From the NCBI GenBank assembly GCA_036263155.1, contig DATAHN010000110.1, forward strand, positions 520-64,519: a stretch of 64,000 nucleotides of DNA, in the 5' to 3' direction. Both the position numbers and the translations under genes were made by a program. The notes under the pieces are model-generated. The model was not told the DNA's origin, ran no database searches, and saw only the letters and a program-made list of their open reading frames with translations. Positions 35,603 to 44,370 of this stretch are shown here, in pieces (position 1 is the stretch's first letter; every line of letters begins with the position of its first letter). The stretch is from Gammaproteobacteria bacterium (GTDB lineage Bacteria; Pseudomonadota; Gammaproteobacteria; Natronospirales; REEB76).

Positions 35603-37162
35603 TTGGCGCGACTCCTGAAGCACAGCCTGGCTCTCCTCGGCACCGCCCTGTTCGCGGCGGCGGCACTCGCCGCCACCGACCCACAGCCGGCGCCCGCGGC
35701 GACGAGCGGCAGCGTGACCATCGGCGCGATGCCCCGCTCCAACGACTACAGCAGCCAGGCCGGGGGCTTCAACCTGCCGCAGATCGGTGAGGCCGGCGGC
35801 GACGTGATAACGCCGCAGCAGGAGTACGACATCGGCCTGCAGATCATGAGTCAGCTGCGCGATTCCGGTGCGATCCTGGACGATCCGCAGCTGCAGCAGT
35901 ACATCCAGGACATCGGCAATCAGCTCGCGTCCCACAGCGACAACCCGCAGCTGCACTTCGCCTTCTACGTCATCGACGACGACACCATCAACGCCACCAC
36001 CCTGCCGGGCGGCTTCATCGTGGTGAACAGCGGCCTGCTGCTGCTCACCGATACCGAGGACGAGCTGGCGGGCGTGATCGCGCACGAAGTGGGCCATGTC
36101 ACCCAGCGTCACCTGGCGCGTCAGCTCGAGGACCAGAAGAACCATGCCCTGGTGAACCTCGCCACCATGCTGGCGGCGATCGTGGCGGTGACCCGCACCA
36201 GCGACCCGGACGTGGCGGTGGGCGCGCTCGCCAGCGCCCAGGCTTCGCTCATCCAGCACCAGATCAACTACACGCGCACCGACGAGGCCGAAGCGGATCG
36301 GGTCGGCATCGCGACCCTGGCGCGCGCCGGCTTCCAGCCGCAGGGCATGGTGGACTTCTTCGCGGTGATGCAGAAGAACTCCTCGCTCAACGGTTACGAC
36401 CGCATCCCGGAGTTCCTGCTGGACCATCCGCTCGACCTCAACCGCATGAGCGAGGCGCAGAGCCGCGCCAGCCAGCTGCACGTGCCGCCGCGCCCCGCCA
36501 GCCGCAGCTTCGCGCTGATGCGCATGCGCCTGCTCGCGATGCAGAACAATGACGGCATCGAGCGCCAGCTCACCGAGTTCCAGGCGCGGGTGGACCAGGC
36601 CAAGGGCTGGGACCAGGTGGCGGCCCGCTACGGTCAGGCACTGGTGTTCCAGAAGGCCGGCCGCTACGCCGACGCGGTGAAGGCGATGCGCGAGCTGGCG
36701 GCCGGCAACGACGACGTGGTGGCCTTCCGCATCGGTCTGGCGGACGCCGAGATCCATGCCGGCAGCGTGCAGGCCGGTATCGCCGCCTACACCGATGCCA
36801 TGCGCCTGTTTCCGGACAGCGCGCCGCTGACCCTGAGCTACGCCAACGACCTGATCGACGCCGGCCAGCCGCAGCGCGCCATCAACCTGTTGCTGCCCCT
36901 CAGCCTGGAGTCCCGCGGCGACCCGGAGGCGGTGCACCTCCTGGCCAAGGCTTATGACAAGAAGGGCAACAGCGCCGACTCCCACTACTACATGTCCGAG
37001 TACTACCTGGCGAATGGCCTGCCGGCCGCGGCGGTGGACCAGCTGCGCATCGCGCTAGCCACCCCCGGCATAGACAGCGTGCAGAAGCAGCGCTACCGGG
37101 CGCGCCTGCACCGGGTCGAGGAAGAGGCGCGGGCCGAGCGTCAGGACGGCGGCCAGCCCTGA
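35603..37162 (+). CDS. bepA: Beta-barrel assembly-enhancing protease (M48 peptidase + TPR), BepA/YfgC-like
   Basis: Signal peptide. LPQIGEAGGDVITPQQEYDIG, HEVGHVTQRH zinc motif, C-terminal TPR repeats. TTG start inferred. Confidence 0.88.
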   Translation: MARLLKHSLALLGTALFAAAALAATDPQPAPAATSGSVTIGAMPRSNDYSSQAGGFNLPQIGEAGGDVITPQQEYDIGLQIMSQLRDSGAILDDPQLQQYIQDIGNQLASHSDNPQLHFAFYVIDDDTINATTLPGGFIVVNSGLLLLTDTEDELAGVIAHEVGHVTQRHLARQLEDQKNHALVNLATMLAAIVAVTRTSDPDVAVGALASAQASLIQHQINYTRTDEAEADRVGIATLARAGFQPQGMVDFFAVMQKNSSLNGYDRIPEFLLDHPLDLNRMSEAQSRASQLHVPPRPASRSFALMRMRLLAMQNNDGIERQLTEFQARVDQAKGWDQVAARYGQALVFQKAGRYADAVKAMRELAAGNDDVVAFRIGLADAEIHAGSVQAGIAAYTDAMRLFPDSAPLTLSYANDLIDAGQPQRAINLLLPLSLESRGDPEAVHLLAKAYDKKGNSADSHYYMSEYYLANGLPAAAVDQLRIALATPGIDSVQKQRYRARLHRVEEEARAERQDGGQP

Positions 37163-37223
37163 AGCGCCGCACTTGGGGGTCGCGCAGGCGGCCTGATAAA
37201 ATCGGCGCCGTGACATCCAAGGA

Positions 37224-38129
37224 ATGCCCATGTCCGGCCCGGCGCGACTCCCGCTGAAATCCCCACTCCCCGTCCTTGCACTCATCGCCTCCGCCCTGCT
37301 GGCCGGCTGTGCCGGCGCGCCGCCGGAACGGGTGACCCAGACCCAGGACCCCTGGGAGGGCTTCAACCGCAAGATCTACGCCTTCAACGACGCGCTCGAC
37401 AAGAACGTGGCGCGGCCGGTGGCGCGCACCTACGTGCGCGCGGTGCCCGGCCCCACCCGCAGCGGCGTGCACAACGTGGTCAGCAACCTGGTGGAGCCCG
37501 TCACCGTGGTCAACGACGCGCTGCAGGGCAAGTTCAAGCAGACACTGCAGGACCTGGGCCGCTTCGTGATCAACAGCACCGTCGGCATCCTGGGCTGGTT
37601 CGACGTGGCCAAGCACGTGGGCCTGGGCCACCACGACGAGGACTTCGGCCAGACCCTCGCCACCTGGGGCGTATCCTCCGGGCCCTACCTGGTGCTGCCG
37701 GTGATCGGGCCCAGCACCGTGCGCGACGCCGGTGGCCGCGTGGCGGACATCTATACCGATCCGCCGCGCCATGACCTCAAGCCGCGCTGGCGCAACGCCG
37801 AGCTCGTGGTGTATGGCATCGACACCCGCGTGGGGCTGATGGAGACCAACGAGACTCTGGACAATTCCTACGACCCCTACGCCTTCATGCGCGACGCCTA
37901 CCTGCAGAACCGCCGCTTCAAGATCTACGATGGAGAGCCGCCGCCGGACGACTCCATATACGACCTGCCGGAAGACGAACTCGGCGAACCGCCGGCAGGC
38001 GAGAGCCCGGCTCCCGCGGCTGGCTCAAGCGCTCCCGCTGCCGGCACTGCGGCCGCTCCCAGCGCCGCCACCGCGCCCGGCGCGACCAGCGCCCCCGCTC
38101 CGGCCACTGCGCCGCCTCCCGTGAGCTGA
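37224..38129 (+). CDS. mlaA: Outer membrane lipid asymmetry lipoprotein MlaA/VacJ with a Pro/Ala/Ser-rich C-terminal tail
   Basis: Lipobox LLAGC. DPWEGFNRKIYAFNDALDKNVARP is typical MlaA. Confidence 0.92.
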   Translation: MPMSGPARLPLKSPLPVLALIASALLAGCAGAPPERVTQTQDPWEGFNRKIYAFNDALDKNVARPVARTYVRAVPGPTRSGVHNVVSNLVEPVTVVNDALQGKFKQTLQDLGRFVINSTVGILGWFDVAKHVGLGHHDEDFGQTLATWGVSSGPYLVLPVIGPSTVRDAGGRVADIYTDPPRHDLKPRWRNAELVVYGIDTRVGLMETNETLDNSYDPYAFMRDAYLQNRRFKIYDGEPPPDDSIYDLPEDELGEPPAGESPAPAAGSSAPAAGTAAAPSAATAPGATSAPAPATAPPPVS

Positions 38130-38192
38130 ACCTGGAAGACGCCTAAAAAGCGGCGGCACCCTATCGAGCTGAAAAGGCTCGCCGCAAAGAAG

Positions 38193-38218
38193 AAACGGCG
38201 GGCTTCTGCCCGCCGTTT
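38193..38218. terminator. Bidirectional hairpin terminator between convergent mlaA and mlaB
   Basis: AAACGGCGGGC-ttct-GCCCGCCGTTT with T-rich flanks on both strands. Confidence 0.75.
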
Positions 38219-38245
38219 CGTATCTTGCCTTTCTTATCCGGCGCG

Positions 38246-38545
38246 TCACTTCATGGGCAGGATCTTGTCCACTTCACTGATCTTCGCCAGCGCCAGCACC
38301 TGCTCCGGCACGTGCCGGAAGCTGAGCTTGCGCTTCTCGCGCCGCGCGCGGGCCGCCCACTCCACCAGCAGCGCGAGCCCGGCACTGTCGGTGCTCTCGA
38401 CCCCGGCGAGGTCGAGTTCGAGCTTGGGATGCTCGGCGAACAACGCCTCGCTCTCCTCGAGCGCCCGGGTCGCGGTGTCGAAGCCGAGCCGACCCTTGAG
38501 GCGGAACTTGCCCGCGCCGGCCGGCTCGAACGTGAGCGCGGACAT
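38246..38545 (-). CDS. mlaB: MlaB (STAS-domain) component of the Mla ABC transporter
   Basis: 99 aa from MSALTFEP. STAS-like DLAGVESTDSAGLALLVEW. Start overlaps the mlaC stop by 1 nt. Trimmed from the track ORF. Confidence 0.8.
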   Translation of the reverse strand: MSALTFEPAGAGKFRLKGRLGFDTATRALEESEALFAEHPKLELDLAGVESTDSAGLALLVEWAARARREKRKLSFRHVPEQVLALAKISEVDKILPMK

Positions 38546-39189
38546 CAGGTCTTGCCCGCCGGCGCCTGCACGATGCCCTTGTCGGCATCGCTGTTCAGGC
38601 GCTTGATGAGCGCATCCAGGCCGTTCTTCTGGATCTCCGGCCCGAACTGGTTGCGGTAGTTGAGCACGTAGGAGATGCCTTCGATCACCACGTCGAAGGC
38701 CTTCCAATCGCCGTTCTCGTTCTGCAGCCAGTAGTCCACCTGCACCGGCGGCGCGCCCTCGCGCATCACCTTGGTCTTCACATAGGCGCGGCTGGAGTCG
38801 CTGCCGGCCCTGAAGGGTTCCACCTGGACGTTGCGCTCCGAGTAGTTGCCCTTGAGCAGCGCGTCGGAATAGCCGTGGACCAGGTAGCGGTAGAAGGCAT
38901 CCTGGAACGCCTTCTTCTGCGCATCGTTGGCGCTGCGGCCGTACTGGCCCAGCACCAGCAGCGAGGCCCGCTGGAAATCGAAATGCGGGAGCAGGATCTT
39001 GCCGACCTGGTCGTAGAGTTCCTGCGGGTTCTTCTCCAGCTCCGCCTTCTTGCTGTTGACCATGTCGAACATGGCCTTGGCGGTCTGCTGCACCACCTGG
39101 TCGGGTGCGGTGGAGGGAGCGGGAGAATCGGCGAGGGCCGCGAAGCTCGCGAATGAAATCACGGCGGCGAGGAGGATTTTAGTACGCAT
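38545..39189 (-). CDS. mlaC: MlaC (Ttg2D) periplasmic phospholipid-binding protein
   Basis: Signal peptide. 214 aa. Toluene-tolerance-family pattern. Operon context. Confidence 0.88.
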   Translation of the reverse strand: MRTKILLAAVISFASFAALADSPAPSTAPDQVVQQTAKAMFDMVNSKKAELEKNPQELYDQVGKILLPHFDFQRASLLVLGQYGRSANDAQKKAFQDAFYRYLVHGYSDALLKGNYSERNVQVEPFRAGSDSSRAYVKTKVMREGAPPVQVDYWLQNENGDWKAFDVVIEGISYVLNYRNQFGPEIQKNGLDALIKRLNSDADKGIVQAPAGKT

Positions 39190-39190
39190 G

Positions 39191-39661
39191 TTACTTGCTA
39201 CCTGGTGCTGTGGCCTTGGAGAAGAATTGTCCGATGAGTTTCTCGAGCACCAGCGCGGACTGGGTGTACTGGATGGTGCTGCCTTCCTTGAGGAAGTCCG
39301 TGGAGCCGCCCGGATCGATGCCGATGTACTGCTCGCCGAGGAGGCCCGAGGTGAGGATGCTGGCGGTGGAGTCGTCGGGCACCTCGTTGTAGTGGCCGTC
39401 GATCTGCAGGGTCACCACCGCGCTGAAGCTCTTGGGATCGAGCTTGATGCTGCTGACGCGGCCGATGGCCACGCCGGCCATGGTGACCTGGGCATGGGGC
39501 TTCAGGCCGCCGATGTTGTTGAACTCGGCGGTGACCACGTAGCCCTTGGCGTTGCCGTAGGAGCCGATGTTGGTGGCGCTGGTCGCGATCACGTAGAGCG
39601 CCACGAAGCCCAGGATGATGAAGGCTCCAGTGACGATCTCGATGGTGCGGGTCTGCTTCAT
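39191..39661 (-). CDS. mlaD: MlaD (MCE-domain) protein
   Basis: N-terminal TM anchor plus MCE domain (GGLKPHAQVTMAGVAIGRV). Confidence 0.9.
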   Translation of the reverse strand: MKQTRTIEIVTGAFIILGFVALYVIATSATNIGSYGNAKGYVVTAEFNNIGGLKPHAQVTMAGVAIGRVSSIKLDPKSFSAVVTLQIDGHYNEVPDDSTASILTSGLLGEQYIGIDPGGSTDFLKEGSTIQYTQSALVLEKLIGQFFSKATAPGSK

Positions 39662-39672
39662 GGGGTGGCCCT

Positions 39673-40443
39673 TCAGTACATGAATGCGGTTAGGAGGTAG
39701 TCGACGGCCAGCACCGCCAACGCGGTGTTGACCACGGTGCGAGTGGTGGCGCGGCTCACGCCCTCGGCGGTGGGCTGCGCGTAGTAGCCTTCGAACACCG
39801 CGATCAGGGTCGCGACCGCGCCGAACACCAGGCTCTTGATGATGCCGCTGCGGAAGTCTTCCTTGAAATCGACGTGGGCGTGGATCTGGGACCAGAACGA
39901 GCCCTTGTCGATGTGCATCAGCACCACGCCGACCAGGTAACCGCCCAGGAGGCCCACGGCGTTGAAGATGCCCACCAAGAGCGGCATGGAGATCACGCCG
40001 CCGAGGAAGCGCGGCACGACGATACGGCGCACCGGGTCCACGGCCATCATCTCCATGCCGGCGAGCTGCTCGGTGGCGCGCATCAGGCCGATCTCGGAGG
40101 TGAGCGCGGTGCCGGCGCGGCCAGCGAAGAGCAAGGCCGTGATCACGGGTCCCAGCTCGCGCAAGAGGCCGAGCGCGACCAGGGTACCGACCATGCTGGT
40201 GGAGGCGAACTTGTTGAGCGTGTTGAAGCCCTGGAGACCTAAAACCATGCCTACGAACAGCCCCGAGACCATGATCAGCACCAGCGACATGGCGCCGATG
40301 GTGAAGACCTGCTGGAAGATGAGCCCGGGCCGGCGCAGCGCATGGGGCGTGTAGCGCAAGAGGTGCAGCAGGAACAGGCCGGAGGCGCCCAGCATCTCCA
40401 GGAAGTCCAGCAGGATGTAGTAAGGCTCGCGCAAGAACTTCAT
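39673..40443 (-). CDS. mlaE: MlaE ABC transporter permease
   Basis: 256 aa, multi-TM. LLRELGPVITALLFAGRAGTALTSEIG is typical MlaE. Confidence 0.92.
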   Translation of the reverse strand: MKFLREPYYILLDFLEMLGASGLFLLHLLRYTPHALRRPGLIFQQVFTIGAMSLVLIMVSGLFVGMVLGLQGFNTLNKFASTSMVGTLVALGLLRELGPVITALLFAGRAGTALTSEIGLMRATEQLAGMEMMAVDPVRRIVVPRFLGGVISMPLLVGIFNAVGLLGGYLVGVVLMHIDKGSFWSQIHAHVDFKEDFRSGIIKSLVFGAVATLIAVFEGYYAQPTAEGVSRATTRTVVNTALAVLAVDYLLTAFMY

Positions 40444-41261
40444 TCCGTCTCCTCTCCCAGGAGCTGGGCCGCCAGGTCCGGCGCCGGGTAGTGGAACGGC
40501 ACCGGGCCGTCGGACAGGCCCTTCATGAACTGCCGCACCCAGGCGGACTTGTTCTGCTCCAGCTCCTCCGGCGTGCCATAGGCGACGACCTTCCCCTCGG
40601 AGATGAGGTAGCTGTGGTCGGACACGGAGGACACCTCCTCCACGTCGTGCGACACGATGATGCTGGTGAGGCCGAGGCTGTCGTTGAGCTCGCGGATGAG
40701 CCGCACGATCACGCCCATGGAGATGGGGTCGAGGCCGGTGAAGGGTTCGTCGTAGAAGATGATCTTGGGGTCGAGCGCGATGGCGCGCGCCAGCGCCACC
40801 CGCCGCGCCATGCCGCCGGAGAGCTCCGTGGGCATGAGCTCGGCCGCGCCGCGCAGGCCCACGGCCTGCAGCTTCATGAGCGCGATGTGGCGGACCAGGC
40901 TCTCGGGCAGGTCGGTGTGCTCCCGGATGGGGAACACCACGTTCTCGTACACGCTGTAGTCGGTGAACAGGGCCCCGTTCTGGAACAGGAAGCCCATGCG
41001 CTTGCGCAGCTCGAACAGGCCGTCGATGTCGAGCTTGAGGAGGTTCTTGCCGTCCACGTGTACGTGGCCGCGATCCGGCAGCACCTGACCGGTCATGATG
41101 CGCAACAGCGTGGTCTTGCCGGTGCCGGAAGGGCCCATGATGGCGGTGATCTTGCCCCGCTCGATGCTGACATCGAGGTTGTCGAAGATCATCTTCTCCC
41201 CGCGCCGGTACTTGAGCCCGCGGATGTCGATGATGGGGTCGCTGTGCTTGTGCTCTGCCAT
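40440..41261 (-). CDS. mlaF: MlaF ABC transporter ATP-binding protein
   Basis: Walker A GPSGTGKTT, signature LSGGMARRVALARA, Walker B IIFYDEP. Confidence 0.94.
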   Translation of the reverse strand: MAEHKHSDPIIDIRGLKYRRGEKMIFDNLDVSIERGKITAIMGPSGTGKTTLLRIMTGQVLPDRGHVHVDGKNLLKLDIDGLFELRKRMGFLFQNGALFTDYSVYENVVFPIREHTDLPESLVRHIALMKLQAVGLRGAAELMPTELSGGMARRVALARAIALDPKIIFYDEPFTGLDPISMGVIVRLIRELNDSLGLTSIIVSHDVEEVSSVSDHSYLISEGKVVAYGTPEELEQNKSAWVRQFMKGLSDGPVPFHYPAPDLAAQLLGEETE

Positions 41262-41465
41262 GCTGCCGCCGGCCTTCCTTCTTGTTCTGTCCGGACCCAG
41301 ATGTTTTGGACTGGACGGTCTAGTCTATTTATGTCGGAGCCGCCCCGTCAAATCTTACGGCCAGATCCGGAAACGAGAGGCGTCGTTTGTATAACGCAGC
41401 CGCCGCCCAGGGGGACGACGGCTGCGGATGACCTTACTTGTGGCCTAAAACGGCCTGTATCAGGC

Positions 41466-42485
41466 TCAGGCCGCCTTCTCCACCTGGGCGCTATAGGTCG
41501 CCGCGCAGGCAGCGCTGTTGCACTTGGCGCGGTGGTGGAAGGCCTTCTGCCCTGCCGCCACGTTGGCTTCCTTGCCGCCCCAGGCCTTGAGCGCAGCCTC
41601 CTGGAGGGCGCGGCCGTAGGAGAAGCTGAGCTTCCAGGGCATGGGACCCAGGGCGTTCATAGCGTGCAGGTGCTCGGTGGCCACCACGTCGCTCTGGCCG
41701 CCGGACAGGAACACGATGCCCGGCACCGCGGCCGGCACATAACGCTTCAGGACCTTCACGGTCTCCCTGGCCACTTCCTCCACGGAAGCCTGCTTCGCGC
41801 ACTTCTTGCCGGAGATGACCATGTTGGGCTTGAGCAGCATGCCTTCCAGGGCCACGCGGTGGTTGGCCAGCTCCTCGAACACCACCTTGAGGGTGCGGGA
41901 GGTGACCTCGAAGCAGCGGGCGATGTCGTGGTCGCCGTCCATCAGGGCTTCCGGCTCCACGATCGGCACGATGTTCTCCACCTGGCACAGGGCCGCGTAG
42001 CGGGCCAGGGCCTGGGCGTTGGCGCGGATGCAGTAGTCCGTAGGGATGCCGGGGGCGATGTCGATCACCGCGCGCCACTTGGCGAAGCGGGCGCCCAGCT
42101 TGTGGTACTCCTGCAGGCGCTCACGCAGGCCGTCCAGGCCCTCGGTGATCTTCTCCTGGGGGCTGCCGGGCAGTTCCTTCACGCCCTTGTCCACCTTGAT
42201 GCCGGGGATGACGCCGTGCTGCGCCTGCCCGTCAGCGAAGGACGTGCCGTCCTTGTGCTTCTGGCGGATGGTCTCGTCGTACATGATCACGCCGCTGATG
42301 AACTTCGCGGCGCCCGGAGTGCTGAACAGCATGTCCCGGTAGGCGCGGCGGTGCTCCTCGGTGTTCTCGACACCGATGGACTTGAAGCGCTTCTCGATGG
42401 TGCTGGTGCTCTCGTCGGCGGCGAGGATGCCGCGATGGTCCGCCACCAGCTTCTCGGCGATGTTATGCAGTTCGTTCAGGTTCAT
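41466..42485 (-). CDS. fba: Fructose-bisphosphate aldolase, class I
   Basis: 339 aa. GILAADESTSTIEKRF, Schiff-base region LLKPNMV, LSGGQS. Confidence 0.94.
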   Translation of the reverse strand: MNLNELHNIAEKLVADHRGILAADESTSTIEKRFKSIGVENTEEHRRAYRDMLFSTPGAAKFISGVIMYDETIRQKHKDGTSFADGQAQHGVIPGIKVDKGVKELPGSPQEKITEGLDGLRERLQEYHKLGARFAKWRAVIDIAPGIPTDYCIRANAQALARYAALCQVENIVPIVEPEALMDGDHDIARCFEVTSRTLKVVFEELANHRVALEGMLLKPNMVISGKKCAKQASVEEVARETVKVLKRYVPAAVPGIVFLSGGQSDVVATEHLHAMNALGPMPWKLSFSYGRALQEAALKAWGGKEANVAAGQKAFHHRAKCNSAACAATYSAQVEKAA

Positions 42486-42593
42486 GGGGACTCAAGGCCT
42501 CTTCATGGGAATGGGGACGGGGCCGCCCGGGACGTCGCCGGATGCGGTAAAAACCCCGAAAAAGAGGCGTATTTTAGCAGAAGGCGGGGATGG

Positions 42594-42669
42594 TGGTGGG
42601 CCGTGACAGATTCGAACTGTCGACCAACTGGTTAAAAGCCAGCTGCTCTACCGACTGAGCTAACGGCCC
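42594..42669 (-). tRNA. tRNA-Lys (anticodon UUU)
   Basis: Minus strand GGGCCGTTAGCTCAGTCGGTAGAGCAGCTGGCTTTTAACCAGTTGGTCGACAGTTCGAATCTGTCACGGCCCACCA. Canonical cloverleaf, 76 nt, encoded CCA. Confidence 0.95.
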
Positions 42670-42770
42670 TCTTAACACTATGGGCTTAGCCATCCTTGGC
42701 GTCAGGATGGGCTTCTTTAAAGGCTCCCAGTGCGGACATCCTGTCCGCCCGCCAGCCGCTTCGCGGCTGG

Positions 42771-42790
42771 CCCGACTGAGCTGACGGCCC
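42771..42790 (-). repeat. 20-nt near-copy of the tRNA-Lys 5' end (acceptor plus D-arm) in the tRNA leader
   Basis: Minus strand GGGCCGTCAGCTCAGTCGGG against the tRNA's GGGCCGTTAGCTCAGTCGGT (18/20 identical). What follows does not fold as a tRNA. Confidence 0.7.
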
Positions 42791-42808
42791 GGAGCCATGG
42801 TGCGCGGA

Positions 42809-42836
42809 GGTATAAACCCGCGCATTTTACTGTAAA
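42809..42836 (-). promoter_or_regulatory. Candidate sigma70 promoter (TTTACA-16 nt-TATACC) for the tRNA-Lys transcript
   Basis: Read on the minus strand: TTTACA at 42836-42831 and TATACC at 42814-42809, just downstream of the queC stop. Confidence 0.45.
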
Positions 42837-42845
42837 ACTGCCGCC

Positions 42846-43514
42846 CTAGCGGTAGGCAGTGGGGTCTTTAAGTCCCGCGTCGAGGAATCCCTGGCGGCGC
42901 AGACGGCAGCTGTCGCAGACACCGCAGGCGTGGCCCTGGGCGTCCGCGGTGTAACAGGACACGGTGAGGCCATAGTCCACGCCGAGGTCGGTGCCGAGCT
43001 TCACGATCTGGGCCTTGGTGAGCTTCACCAGCGGAGCGTGGATCTTCGGCCCCCTGCCCTCCACGCCCGCCTTGGTGCCGAGATCGGCCACCTGCTGGAA
43101 GGCCTGTATGAACTCGGGCCGGCAATCGGGGTAACCCGAATAATCCACCGCGTTCACGCCGATGAAGATGTCTCCCGCCTCCAGCACCTCGGCCCAGCCG
43201 AGGGCCACCGCCAGGAACACGGTGTTGCGCGCCGGCACATAGGTGGCCGGGATGCCTTCGCTGGGATGGTCCGGTACCGGGATGGAGATGTCCGTGAGGG
43301 CCGAGCCCCCGATGGCCGAGAGGTCCAACGCCACGGTCTTGTGCTCCATGGCGCCCTGCAGCTTCGCCACTTTCGCGGCGGCATCGAGCTCGGCCCGGTG
43401 ACGCTGACCGTAGGCGAAGCTGAGCGCGTGACAGGTGTAGCCGTCCCGCCGCGCGATCGCGAGGGTGGTGGCGGAGTCGAGCCCGCCGGAGAGCAATACG
43501 ACAGCTTTCTTCAT
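42846..43514 (-). CDS. queC: 7-cyano-7-deazaguanine synthase
   Basis: [15 protein letters not shown]-loop and C-terminal Cys cluster CGVCDSC. 222 aa. Confidence 0.95.
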   Translation of the reverse strand: MKKAVVLLSGGLDSATTLAIARRDGYTCHALSFAYGQRHRAELDAAAKVAKLQGAMEHKTVALDLSAIGGSALTDISIPVPDHPSEGIPATYVPARNTVFLAVALGWAEVLEAGDIFIGVNAVDYSGYPDCRPEFIQAFQQVADLGTKAGVEGRGPKIHAPLVKLTKAQIVKLGTDLGVDYGLTVSCYTADAQGHACGVCDSCRLRRQGFLDAGLKDPTAYR

Positions 43515-43670
43515 ATGAGCACTATGCCATCTAAGTAAACACTAGTCTGAAAGCCAGAGATTTTGGCCTCTGGCTAGGCGCGCGAGGCGAGCAGGAGGGA
43601 GTGCACTTTTATGTGCATGACCGACTGCGAGACCGAAGCGCAACGCCGCCAGAGGACAAAAGATCGGCTT

Positions 43671-44366
43671 TCAGTGGCCCGGCACGTTTCCCCAGAGATA
43701 TTTGTGTAGCTGCACTTGCAGGCGCACCGGTAGCTTGTCCGCCAGTATCCACTCCGCCAGATCCTTCGGGTGCACCTGCTCATGGCTCGGTGAGAACAGC
43801 ACCTGGCAGCGCTCCGCGAGCTTGTGCTCTGCGGTGAGTGCGCGCGCCCACTCGTAGTCGGCCCGGTCGCAGATCACGAACTTCACCTGGTCGGTGCCGC
43901 GCAGGACCGGGATGTTCTCCAGGAGGTTGCGGTCTACCTCGCCGGAGCCCGGCGTCTTGAGGTCCATGACCCGCGCGACCCTGGGGTCCAGGCCGGCGAT
44001 GGGCAGCGCGCCGCTGGTCTCGAGGGAGACGGCATAGCCTGCATCGCACAGGCGCGTGAGCAGTGCAGCGCAGTTCTTCTGCGCCAGCGGCTCGCCGCCG
44101 GTGACGGTGACGTGACGAGCGCCGTGCTTGCCGACTTCCGCCAGCACTTCGTCCATGCTCCACCACTCGCCGCCGTGGAAGGCGTAAGCGGTGTCGCAAT
44201 AGCCGCAGCGCAGCGGGCAGCCGGTGAGGCGCACGAACACGGTGGGCCAGCCCACGCTGTCCGCCTCGCCCTGGATGGAATGGAATATCTCGGTGATCCT
44301 GAGGCGCTCGGCGGCCGGCAGGTCATCCCGCCGCGCCGCGCGGCCGGGTTGCCGTACCGCGTTCAC
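43671..44366 (-). CDS. queE: 7-carboxy-7-deazaguanine synthase (radical SAM)
   Basis: EIFHSIQGE..FVRLTGCPLRCGYCDT. Trimmed to the GTG at 44366 because the longer track ORF overlaps cpoB. Confidence 0.9.
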   Translation of the reverse strand: MNAVRQPGRAARRDDLPAAERLRITEIFHSIQGEADSVGWPTVFVRLTGCPLRCGYCDTAYAFHGGEWWSMDEVLAEVGKHGARHVTVTGGEPLAQKNCAALLTRLCDAGYAVSLETSGALPIAGLDPRVARVMDLKTPGSGEVDRNLLENIPVLRGTDQVKFVICDRADYEWARALTAEHKLAERCQVLFSPSHEQVHPKDLAEWILADKLPVRLQVQLHKYLWGNVPGH

Positions 44367-44370
44367 GTTC

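Noticed and set aside
42485-42846. Genomic island or ICE integrated at tRNA-Lys (and likewise at tRNA-Ser, 29750..29841).
   Set aside because: Both tRNAs are flanked immediately by core genes (fba/queC and dapA-lipoprotein/ffs). There is no integrase, no long direct repeat pair and no compositionally foreign block.
43515-43670. preQ1 riboswitch upstream of queC.
   Set aside because: No match to the preQ1-I/II consensus as I remember it. The hairpin followed by TTT is adequately explained as a terminator.
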